DNA of 64,000 bases from Acidimicrobiia bacterium (lineage in GTDB: Bacteria; Actinomycetota; Acidimicrobiia; Spongiisociales; ZC4RG35). Position numbers and translations under genes: made by a program. Every line of letters begins with the position of its first letter. Within the stretch, counting starts at the first letter, position 1. Location: positions 348 to 64,347 of the forward strand of contig JBGTHP010000002.1 in NCBI GenBank assembly GCA_041746105.1. Reading direction: 5' to 3'. Positions 29,575-37,988 of the stretch are shown here, one piece after another. The notes beneath the pieces were generated by a model. That model did not search any database. It was given only the letters and a program-made list of their open reading frames with translations, and was not told the origin of the DNA.

Positions 29575-29912
29575 CGTCCAAACCAAGGCTGTCGGCCTTT
29601 TTCATCGATTGTGCGCAAGAGGACTGGGATGAGGGTGTCCGCTTCTGGGGCGAGGCCTTCCAGATAGAACCTCGAGCTGGCTCAGACGACAGTTACCTGA
29701 GTATGCCGGGAGCCATCCCTGGTATCCACGTCGAACTCCAGCGGATCGGCTCCGAATCTCGTTATCACGTCGACTTCGAGGCAGAAGATGTGGAGGCCGA
29801 GGTCTCTCGCTTCGAAACCTTGGGTGCAACGAGGGTGGCTCAGATCGAGAGCTGGTGGGTATTGCGGGCGCCGACAGGACATCTGTTCTGCGTGGTGCCG
29901 ATCGACCACTGA
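29571..29912 (+). CDS. VOC/glyoxalase-like domain protein
   Basis: 113 aa. 4-bp overlap with the ALDH gene. Confidence 0.5.
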   Translation: MTSKPRLSAFFIDCAQEDWDEGVRFWGEAFQIEPRAGSDDSYLSMPGAIPGIHVELQRIGSESRYHVDFEAEDVEAEVSRFETLGATRVAQIESWWVLRAPTGHLFCVVPIDH

Positions 29913-30005
29913 TCCAACCGGCCGAGCTCCTGTTGTCCCGCACCGATGGGACTTATGCCTCTACGTGCATATGCAAGAATCTGCACATTATGCACAAGAG
30001 GCATT

Positions 30006-30635
30006 ATGCAGACCACTTCGCGATCACTTCTCACGGCGGCCGAGGTTCAGGCCGTTCTAGACGTTGATCGTTCGACCATCTACCGGATGGCCGGCGACGG
30101 TCGGCTTCCCGCCGTTCGGGTAGGGAGGCAGTGGCGCTTCCCTGCCCAGGAAATAGCGCAGATGTTCGAAGTCGAATCTCCGGTAACAAATGGCACCTCG
30201 ATCGAGCCAGGTGCGGCCGCTCAGATCCTCGCCGCCGTAGCCCCCGCCCTCGGTGTGATGATGGTGGTCACGGACCTCGATGGAATCCCATTGACTCCGG
30301 TGATCAACCCCACCCCGTGGATGCTCCAACAATCCGACCCCGACTCGGTTGTGGCCGACTGCATTGGCGACTGGAACCGGCTTGCCAATTCAGATGACCT
30401 CGCCCCGCGTTTTGTCGCTGCCCCTCCCGGGTTCGAGTGTGCCAGAGCCTTCATTCGCTCCGGTGCCCAGCTCGTCGGGATGGTGCTGGCCGGCGGGATC
30501 GCCCCTGCCGGCTCGACCGGAACCGGATTCGTGCTTCTCGACGAGCAGGCCCGAGTTCGGGTTCTCGACGCGTTGCCCCGAGTTGGGGCCCTGATTTCGC
30601 GCTTTGCAGCTGACAACACAAGGAGTAACTCATGA
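30006..30635 (+). CDS. excisionase-type HTH regulator fused to a PocR-like sensory domain
   Basis: LLTAAEVQAVLDVDRSTIYRMAGDGRLPAVRVGRQWRF HTH_17-like motif, followed by a ~150-aa ligand-binding-like domain. 4-bp overlap with the downstream flavoprotein gene. Confidence 0.5.
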   Translation: MQTTSRSLLTAAEVQAVLDVDRSTIYRMAGDGRLPAVRVGRQWRFPAQEIAQMFEVESPVTNGTSIEPGAAAQILAAVAPALGVMMVVTDLDGIPLTPVINPTPWMLQQSDPDSVVADCIGDWNRLANSDDLAPRFVAAPPGFECARAFIRSGAQLVGMVLAGGIAPAGSTGTGFVLLDEQARVRVLDALPRVGALISRFAADNTRSNS

Positions 30636-31870
30636 AGAACCTGGTCGTTTTGGGTGCCGGAACCGCAGGCACGATGGTGGTCAACAAACTGAGGCCGCGG
30701 CTGCCCGCGGACGAGTGGTCGATCACGATCGTCGATCAATCGACGTCGCACCACTACCAGCCGGGATACCTGTTCATCCCTTTCGGGACGTACCAGCCCG
30801 AGCAGGTGACCAAGCCGATACGCGAGTTCATACCTTCCGGGGTGGATCTGATCTCGGGCGAGATCGACCGAGTTGATCCAGCAGCATCGACCGTTCACCT
30901 GACGGATGGGTCGGAACTGAAATATGACCAACTTGTGATCGCAACCGGAACCACACCCCGGCCGGATCAGATTCCGGGAACACTCGAGGGAGAGTGGCGC
31001 CAGAGCATTCACGATTTCTACACACATGATGGCGCAGTGGCCCTGGCCGACAAACTCGCGGGGTGGGAGGGCGGTCGCCTCGTTGTGCACATCACCGAGA
31101 TGCCGATCAAGTGCCCGGTGGCTCCTCTCGAATTCACCTTCCTCGCCGACTCGTTCTTTTCAGATCGCGGAATGCGCGATCGAATCGAGATTGTCTACGT
31201 GACTCCCCTCGACGGAGCGTTCACGAAGCCGGTTGCCTCGAAGCGACTGGGGGGAATGCTCGAGGACCGCAAAATCCATCTCGAGACCGATTTCATGATC
31301 GAGAGGATCGATTATGAACAGAAGGTGTTGGTCTCCTACGACGAGCGCGAGATCCCGTTCGACCTGCTGGTAACGGTTCCACTCAACATGGGAGCAGACT
31401 TCGTCGGCCGCAGCGGGCTCGGCAACGAACTCAACTTCGTCCCGGTGGACAAAGAGACGTTCCTCTCGACCGACCACCCGAACGTTTTTGCGCTTGGCGA
31501 CGCTGCCGATCTTCCGACATCGAAAGCCGGCTCGGTTGCCCACTTCGCGGTTGAGATCTTCGCCGACAACTTTCTCGAGCACATTGCCGGCCGTCCGATG
31601 TCGGGTCGTTTCGACGGACACGCCAATTGCTTCATCGAATCCGGCTCTGGCAAAGGGATGTTGATCGACTTCAACTACGACACTCAGCCCCTGCCCGGCA
31701 AGTACCCGCTCCCCGGCGTGGGCCCGTTCAGCCTTCTCAAAGAGACCGAGATGAACCACTGGGGAAAGTTGATGTTCAAGTGGATGTACTGGAACGTGCT
31801 GCTACCTGGGCGTGAACTGCCACTCCCGGCCCTGATGTCCATGGCCGGCAAAGAAGAGGTGCCGGCATGA
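30632..31870 (+). CDS. sulfide:quinone oxidoreductase-like FAD-dependent oxidoreductase
   Basis: VVLGAGTAGT Rossmann motif, KCPVAP cysteine loop, and LGDAADLP second FAD motif. 412 aa. Confidence 0.7.
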   Translation: MKNLVVLGAGTAGTMVVNKLRPRLPADEWSITIVDQSTSHHYQPGYLFIPFGTYQPEQVTKPIREFIPSGVDLISGEIDRVDPAASTVHLTDGSELKYDQLVIATGTTPRPDQIPGTLEGEWRQSIHDFYTHDGAVALADKLAGWEGGRLVVHITEMPIKCPVAPLEFTFLADSFFSDRGMRDRIEIVYVTPLDGAFTKPVASKRLGGMLEDRKIHLETDFMIERIDYEQKVLVSYDEREIPFDLLVTVPLNMGADFVGRSGLGNELNFVPVDKETFLSTDHPNVFALGDAADLPTSKAGSVAHFAVEIFADNFLEHIAGRPMSGRFDGHANCFIESGSGKGMLIDFNYDTQPLPGKYPLPGVGPFSLLKETEMNHWGKLMFKWMYWNVLLPGRELPLPALMSMAGKEEVPA

Positions 31871-32547
31871 CCACTACGACCACGATTGATGCCCGATTGG
31901 ACGGGATCGAAACCCAGCTAGCGCTCCTGATAGAAGACTCCCAGCGGCGGGTGATCCGTCAGGCAGCCCTGAGCGAATTGGTGAGCGACATGGCGCCCGT
32001 TGGCAGAGAGGCGATGGCCGGCGTTTCCGATTGGCTGAGCGGTACCGAGATCAACGCTGCCAAGGTGGGCCGCTTGGCCGGCGCAATGGCCGGTTCCTTG
32101 AGTGAGATCGAAGCTCTGGTCAGGGCGCTCAAGCCCTTGAGCGGCCTGGTCGAGACCATGTCGGAGTTGAGCGGCCCGGCCCTCGAGATGACTACGGCGC
32201 GGCTCGGTGAAATGGATCAGCGTGGCTATTTCCAATTCATGCGCAGTGGCTTAGGTGTTCTCGACCGAATTGTCACAGGGTTCGACGAGGGTGACCTCGA
32301 TGCTCTCGGAGACAATGTGGTTCTGATGCTCGAGACGCTGCGCGACATGACCCAGCCCGACGTGATGCTGATGCTGAGACGCACTCTTCACTCGGTTCAG
32401 GCAGCAGATGCGGAGGAACCGCCTGGACTTTTCGGGTTGCTGCGGGAAATGCGGAGGCCTGAGGTTCGACGAGGTCTGGCCAGGCTGGTCCAGGTGTTGG
32501 ATTCATTGGGAACAGAAACAAACGAAGACACTCAGGAGGTGTACTGA
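31867..32547 (+). CDS. DUF1641-domain protein
   Basis: 226-aa all-helical protein. DUF1641 is a recurrent partner of SQR/NDH-2-like flavoproteins. Overlaps both neighbours. Confidence 0.6.
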   Translation: MTTTTTIDARLDGIETQLALLIEDSQRRVIRQAALSELVSDMAPVGREAMAGVSDWLSGTEINAAKVGRLAGAMAGSLSEIEALVRALKPLSGLVETMSELSGPALEMTTARLGEMDQRGYFQFMRSGLGVLDRIVTGFDEGDLDALGDNVVLMLETLRDMTQPDVMLMLRRTLHSVQAADAEEPPGLFGLLREMRRPEVRRGLARLVQVLDSLGTETNEDTQEVY

Positions 32548-32861
32548 TGAGTACTGCGACGATCGCAGGTCGTCCGATCACGGTGGACGATGAGGGTTTC
32601 CTCACCGTCTACAACGAATGGGACGAGTCCCTCGCCAAGGAACTCGCCGCCCAGATCGGAATCGAGATGACGGACGAGCATTGGAAGGCTGTCCGCTTCG
32701 CGAGGGAAGATTTTCTCTCTCAAGGTGAGACCCCGACGCTGCGGAGGGTGCAGGTCACGGGGGGCGTCTCGACAAAAGAGATGTTCACCCTCTTCCCCAA
32801 GAAGCCGGCCAAAAAAATGGCCTACATAGCCGGGTTGCCCAAGCCGGCCGGATGCGTCTGA
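32547..32861 (+). CDS. TusE/DsrC-family sulfur-relay protein
   Basis: 104 aa ending ...AGLPKPAGCV, the penultimate-Cys signature of TusE/DsrC. Confidence 0.75.
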   Translation: MSTATIAGRPITVDDEGFLTVYNEWDESLAKELAAQIGIEMTDEHWKAVRFAREDFLSQGETPTLRRVQVTGGVSTKEMFTLFPKKPAKKMAYIAGLPKPAGCV

Positions 32862-32879
32862 ACGAAAGGACACAACGAA

Positions 32880-33389
32880 ATGACTACCACTATGGACACC
32901 CCGGTCAAGGTCCCATCGTTTGAAAATGAGACCGACCGCAAGCTGGCCATCATCTGCTCCAAGGGATCCCTCGACATGGCCTACCCGGGATTGGTTCTCG
33001 CCAACGCGGCGTTGGCAGAAGGCATCGAAGTCCATATGTTCTTCACCTTCTGGGGTTTCGACATGATCAACAAAGAGACGATGGGGCATCTCAAGTTCAC
33101 GCCGGTCGGCAACCCCGCCACCCACATGCCGACGATGTTGATGGGACTGCCCGGAATGACTGCTTTCGCCACGCACAGGATGAAGAAGCAGATCGAAGGT
33201 ATCGACATACCGGATGTGCCGGAGTTTCTGGATCTGATCACAGACGCTGGTGGCCATCTCTGGGCCTGCCGGATGTCTGCCGACATGATGCACATCGACC
33301 TCGGGGAGTTGTATGAGAGAGTTGAAGGGATCATCTCCGCAGGCGATTTCATCGAACTGTCGGAGGGCGCCCAGGTGATTTTCATCTGA
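32880..33389 (+). CDS. DsrE/DsrF-like sulfur-transfer protein
   Basis: 169 aa. AIICSKGSLD conserved Cys region of the DsrE family. Confidence 0.65.
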   Translation: MTTTMDTPVKVPSFENETDRKLAIICSKGSLDMAYPGLVLANAALAEGIEVHMFFTFWGFDMINKETMGHLKFTPVGNPATHMPTMLMGLPGMTAFATHRMKKQIEGIDIPDVPEFLDLITDAGGHLWACRMSADMMHIDLGELYERVEGIISAGDFIELSEGAQVIFI

Positions 33390-33472
33390 GCGAGAGAAAC
33401 CGTGGTCGGACGGGTCCCTTCTCGGCCCGTCCGACTACATTCGTGGCACGGCCTCACCAACAAGGAGCATCG

Positions 33473-33871
33473 ATGACCTCATACCACTTCAGCGTCACCG
33501 TCAACGGGGAGTTCAATTCCGTCGTTGATCTCACCAAAGCCGAACTGGCCAAAGAAGGCTTCGGAGTGTTATCTGAGATAGACGTGGCGGCGACGATGAA
33601 GGAGAGTCTGAATCAGGACATGAAGCCGTACGTGATCCTGGGAGCATGTAACCCTCCGTTTGCCCATAGGGCAATCGATGCCGATCCTGCGATTGGTGTC
33701 CTTCTTCCCTGCAATGTGGTCGTACGCGCCGACGGCGATGGCCGTGTCATGGTCGACTTCATGGACCCTGAAGCGGTGCTCGACCTGGTTAACAAACCAG
33801 GCATCCGCATGGTCGCCGACGAGGTTCGCGCCAAACTGGAGATGGTGAGAGACTCGCTGGCCCACGCCTAA
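33473..33871 (+). CDS. DUF302-domain protein
   Basis: 132 aa. SD AAGGAG lies 6 nt before the ATG. DUF302 is frequent in sulfur-oxidation loci. Confidence 0.6.
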   Translation: MTSYHFSVTVNGEFNSVVDLTKAELAKEGFGVLSEIDVAATMKESLNQDMKPYVILGACNPPFAHRAIDADPAIGVLLPCNVVVRADGDGRVMVDFMDPEAVLDLVNKPGIRMVADEVRAKLEMVRDSLAHA

Positions 33872-33908
33872 CCGGCTGAGCTCGCGACCAGAGTCGGTCC
33901 TCGAACGT

Positions 33909-34547
33909 CTAACCCCAGCGGTATCCGACCGACCGCACGGTGGTGATCCAGGCCGAGCGCTCGTCGCCGAGTTTGGAACGGAGGCGTCGTACGTGAACGT
34001 CGACCGTCCTCGCCCCCCCGTAGTAGTCATACCCCCAAACCTTGGAGAGCAACTGCTCGCGAGACCACACCCGGCCATGACCCTCGACCAAGAACCTGAG
34101 GAGTTCATACTCCATGAATGTCAGGTCGAGCGGGGTGTTGCCGAGGTGAGCCTGGTAGGTGAGCGTGTTCAATTCCAGGTCGTTGAATCGGAGTACGTCT
34201 TCGGTTCCGCCGCTGGAGTGGAGTCGCTTGATTCTGAGCGCGATCTCCGCCGCCTGAGCCGGAACAACGATGAAATCCGAGATCGAACTGGTTGTGGCAA
34301 CCAGTTCGAGCTGGGAGGTCTCCGCAATCACCAGCGTCGGGATGCCCGAGTCGGCAATGATGGCGTCGAGATGCCGCAGTCTCCGCATTGGCTCGTCTCC
34401 GAGTTCGATAACGAGTACTGACCAGTCGGTTGCCATCGCCTGAGTCACGGTCTCGAGAGCGTCGACGGCAATGGCCTCTATTCCGGAAAGGGCGAGGGCG
34501 GCCAGCGTCTCTTCCGACGCGTTTTTCGGGAAGAGCGCCACTTCCAT
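33909..34547 (-). CDS. OmpR/PhoB-family winged-helix regulator with atypical receiver (GlnR-like)
   Basis: C-terminal trans_reg_C motif (LTYQAHLGNTPLDLTFMEYELLRFL...RTVDVHVRRLRSKLG). Receiver half is degenerate. Immediately downstream of glnA. Confidence 0.6.
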   Translation of the reverse strand: MEVALFPKNASEETLAALALSGIEAIAVDALETVTQAMATDWSVLVIELGDEPMRRLRHLDAIIADSGIPTLVIAETSQLELVATTSSISDFIVVPAQAAEIALRIKRLHSSGGTEDVLRFNDLELNTLTYQAHLGNTPLDLTFMEYELLRFLVEGHGRVWSREQLLSKVWGYDYYGGARTVDVHVRRLRSKLGDERSAWITTVRSVGYRWG

Positions 34548-34550
34548 GGG

Positions 34551-35876
34551 TCAAAGCACCGGAAGGTAGGTGTCCAGTTCAAAGCGGGAGACGTGGTGGC
34601 TATAAGTCTCCCATTCCTTGCGCTTGTTGCGAAGGAACCAGTTGAACACGTGGTCGCCGAGAGCTTCACGTACCAGTTCTGACCGCTCCATGGCGTTGAG
34701 TGCGTCCGCCAGTGTCTCCGGAAGGCGGGCAATGCCGAGCTCTGCGCGCTCGGCCGGCGTCAGTTCGAAGACGTTGCCAGGAGCCTCCGGTGGCAGCTCG
34801 TACTCCTTGTCGATGCCTTCGAGGCCGGCCGCCAGTAGCACCGCCATCGCCAGGTAGGGGTTGGCGGCGGAATCGGGCGACCGGTATTCCACTCTGACAC
34901 TTGCCGGTTTGTTGGCCTTGGCGGTGGGAACCCTGACAAGCGCCGATTGATTGTTCCGACCCCAGGTCACATACACGGGAGCTTCAAATCCGACCACCAG
35001 ACGTTTGTATGAGTTCACCCATTGATTGGTGATGGCGGTGATCTCCGAGGCGTGACGGAGCAATCCCGCCATGAAGTGCTCTCCTATTTGGGAAAGACCT
35101 GAAGGGCGACCGGGATCGTGGAAGGCGTTGTCCTCACCGCGAAAGAGGGATAGATGAAGGTGCATGCCGGAGCCATCGTGTGCTTCGAGTGGTTTCGGCA
35201 TGAATGTGGCGTAGATGCCACTCGATAGCGCAACCTCTTTCACCGTGAGCCTGAAGCTCATGATGTTGTCGGCCATCGTCAGGGCGTCTGTGTATCTGAC
35301 AATGATCTCGTGTTGTGAAGGTGCGACCTCGTGATGCGAGTGTTCTACCGGGATTCCCATCTGTTCCAGCGAATTGATCGTCTTGCGCCGGTACTCCTGC
35401 GCCACGTCGAGGGGTGTCATGTCGAAATACCCACCCCGGTCCAGCACTTGCGGTTCTGGGCCAGAGTCCGCGAAGTAGAAGTATTCGAGCTCGGGTGCCA
35501 CGTAGAACGTGTAACCGAGGGCCGACGCTTTCTCCAGGTTGCGTTTTAGAACGTGGCGCGGGTCGCCCGAAAATGGTTTCCCTGCCGGTGTGATGATGTC
35601 GCAGAACATCCTGGCAACCTGTTCTGGTTGACGCCAGGGGAGCACCTGGAATGTGGCAGGGTCCGGCACAGCCAGCATGTCCGCCTCTTGAAGCCTGGCG
35701 TATCCGTCGATCGACGAGCCGTCGAACGTCATTCCTTCCTCGAATGCCGTCTCCAGCTCTTGAGGTGAAATGGAGACAGATTTGAGAAATCCTTGGACGT
35801 CGGTGAACCAGAGGCGGACAAACCTGATACCCCGCTCCTGAACGGTCCTCTGCACGTAGTCGGATTGCTTGGTCAC
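34551..35876 (-). CDS. glnA: glutamine synthetase, type I
   Basis: 441 aa with GS catalytic-domain motifs (GSGMHLH, NPYL). Confidence 0.85.
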   Translation of the reverse strand: MTKQSDYVQRTVQERGIRFVRLWFTDVQGFLKSVSISPQELETAFEEGMTFDGSSIDGYARLQEADMLAVPDPATFQVLPWRQPEQVARMFCDIITPAGKPFSGDPRHVLKRNLEKASALGYTFYVAPELEYFYFADSGPEPQVLDRGGYFDMTPLDVAQEYRRKTINSLEQMGIPVEHSHHEVAPSQHEIIVRYTDALTMADNIMSFRLTVKEVALSSGIYATFMPKPLEAHDGSGMHLHLSLFRGEDNAFHDPGRPSGLSQIGEHFMAGLLRHASEITAITNQWVNSYKRLVVGFEAPVYVTWGRNNQSALVRVPTAKANKPASVRVEYRSPDSAANPYLAMAVLLAAGLEGIDKEYELPPEAPGNVFELTPAERAELGIARLPETLADALNAMERSELVREALGDHVFNWFLRNKRKEWETYSHHVSRFELDTYLPVL

Positions 35877-35942
35877 GTCGCTGAACGCTAGCGGGGTGCT
35901 CGGTGGCTCATTTCGCCGGAGGTATGTGGGCGAGACGGCAGG

Positions 35943-37112
35943 TTATCCAAAGGCCCTGGAGTCGAGAGCAACTTCTGCGCGAACCGAGCGGTGGAGCCAC
36001 GCCGCGCCGAGACCCCCAAGGAGGGTGACTCCGGCCAGCACCGGCACAAATCCGTCGCTGCCGGCGAGGCTTGCAACCAGCACCGGCATCGTCATTCCGG
36101 CGTAGGCCACCGCGTAGAACGAGCCAGTCAGGGCGCCCCGATCCCCCGGGCTGGTGGTGAGATCGACCATCCGAAGACCCGATGTCAGGCACAGGCCCGA
36201 GGCGGCTCCCATCGCCACCGTCGCCGGGATCAGCAAAGGCCACAGGTCGGTGCCGAAAGCCAATGTGCCGAGGAGACAGCCGACGCTTCCAACGGCCAAC
36301 CCGATCGGAGCTGCCCGACCTGGGCCGATTCGGGCGACGGCGGCCTGGGCGGGAACGATCGATCCCATGCCCAACCCAGCCACCAGGCCGGTGACCAATA
36401 CGGCGATCGACCCCATGGCGGGTCGAAGCAGGACGGGGAATAATCCGAGGGCCAGCGACGGAAATCCAAAGACCCCCAGCGCTGTCGGGGTCATGACCTT
36501 CAGGAACGGCGTCAACGTGCCGGGGGGAATCCCGAGACGGGGGCGGATGCGACGGCTTCGATCGGGGGTGACCGTTTCTTGAATCCTCCGTAGGGCCAAA
36601 AGCCCAGCCGCCACCAAAACCAGATGCACCAGATAGGGGAGCGTGAGCGGGCCCGGTGCCCATTGCGCCAACACACCGCTGAGGAGGGCGCCACCGCCGA
36701 ATCCGCCATACAGAACAAGACCGGTCAGGCGTGCCCCCCAGAGACCGTCCTCGACGGAGAGTTCGAGCATCCATGCGCTTGCGACGGTGAAAACGATGCC
36801 GGAGACCGCACCCAGCAAGAAACGTCCCAGCAACAAGAGTCCGAGTCGGTCGGCTCCAACCATCATCACCATCGAGGCGACAGCCGAGAGAACGACGCCG
36901 GGGACCATCACTCGCCGCCGTCCAAGAACATCGGAAGCCGGCCCGGCGTATATCAACGCCGGGGCCAGGCCTACCGGGTAGATCGCAAAGATCCAGGTGA
37001 CCAGCCACGCCGAGAGATCGAGTCGCTCCTGATACAGCAGGAGGAGGGGGGTCGAAACGTTGGTGCCGAACGACACCGCGAACAGCGCAAAGGCGAGCGA
37101 CCGCCGGCTCAC
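35943..37112 (-). CDS. MFS transporter
   Basis: 389 aa and 12 predicted TM helices. GRRRVM and GRFLLG loop motifs. Confidence 0.75.
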   Translation of the reverse strand: MSRRSLAFALFAVSFGTNVSTPLLLLYQERLDLSAWLVTWIFAIYPVGLAPALIYAGPASDVLGRRRVMVPGVVLSAVASMVMMVGADRLGLLLLGRFLLGAVSGIVFTVASAWMLELSVEDGLWGARLTGLVLYGGFGGGALLSGVLAQWAPGPLTLPYLVHLVLVAAGLLALRRIQETVTPDRSRRIRPRLGIPPGTLTPFLKVMTPTALGVFGFPSLALGLFPVLLRPAMGSIAVLVTGLVAGLGMGSIVPAQAAVARIGPGRAAPIGLAVGSVGCLLGTLAFGTDLWPLLIPATVAMGAASGLCLTSGLRMVDLTTSPGDRGALTGSFYAVAYAGMTMPVLVASLAGSDGFVPVLAGVTLLGGLGAAWLHRSVRAEVALDSRAFG

Positions 37113-37912
37113 CGCGAGTGGCGTTCGACGATCTGGGACTGGTTGATGCGTCCGAGCAGACCATCCTCGTCATAAACCCTCGTGTCGGCGAGGCCGATGC
37201 CGGTGTTGTGCTGATGTGAGAACGAACGCATCCCGATCCATTCTCCGGTGGGCAATCGGTGCGAGTAGAGCGTGATGTCGGGGTTCACATATAGCCACTC
37301 TCGCGGGTCGAGCATCTGGGCGTTCCCGTTCGACATGTCTGCCAGGGTCGCCAGCCGCACGAACGGGGTGGTCGGTTCACCTTCCATGACGTCGGTCTTG
37401 AGCCTGAACCACGACATGCCAACCCGATGTGCAAGAAAGCTGTTGTCGAACGTCCGGATTTCCACGGCGTCACGGTGGAACCGTCTGAGGTCGTCAGGAT
37501 GGGAAAAGAGGCTGCCGCCGTCGACAGGGTCGGCAAGTTCCGGCCCCGGTGGTGCCTGCCAGCCCTCTTCTTCTTGCTCTGGCAACTCGATCGACGTGGT
37601 TCTGATCTTGAGAGCGGAAGCCCGGCCCACCATGACGTCTCCCGCCATCAGAATGGCGTCGACCACCTGGAGTCGGCGCCCGTCCCTTCTCACGATCGTT
37701 TCCACCGTGAGCGGCGTGAGCGGAACCGCCCGAAAAAGGTCGATGGTGAACCGAACGACCTGCATTGTGGCGGCGGTTGGAACCTGTTCGACCGCATATG
37801 CCATCAGCCCGGAAGGGGGGCTTCCGTGCTGCGCATCGTCCGACCATCCCCCGCGGGCAAGATCGGTTGGCATGAAGAATTCGCCGCGACGGGTGAAAAG
37901 GGCATCGCTCAC
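37109..37912 (-). CDS. acyl-CoA thioesterase-like double hot-dog protein
   Basis: 267 aa. Paralog of the gene at 39605-40393, sharing the GEWIG..S.SH block. Confidence 0.55.
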   Translation of the reverse strand: MSDALFTRRGEFFMPTDLARGGWSDDAQHGSPPSGLMAYAVEQVPTAATMQVVRFTIDLFRAVPLTPLTVETIVRRDGRRLQVVDAILMAGDVMVGRASALKIRTTSIELPEQEEEGWQAPPGPELADPVDGGSLFSHPDDLRRFHRDAVEIRTFDNSFLAHRVGMSWFRLKTDVMEGEPTTPFVRLATLADMSNGNAQMLDPREWLYVNPDITLYSHRLPTGEWIGMRSFSHQHNTGIGLADTRVYDEDGLLGRINQSQIVERHSR

Positions 37913-37988
37913 CTATCGATCCTAGAACCTGTCTCCGTCCGACATCACTCGGCTCATCGCGATAGCCTCAGAAGGCAGAGGAGAGGAG

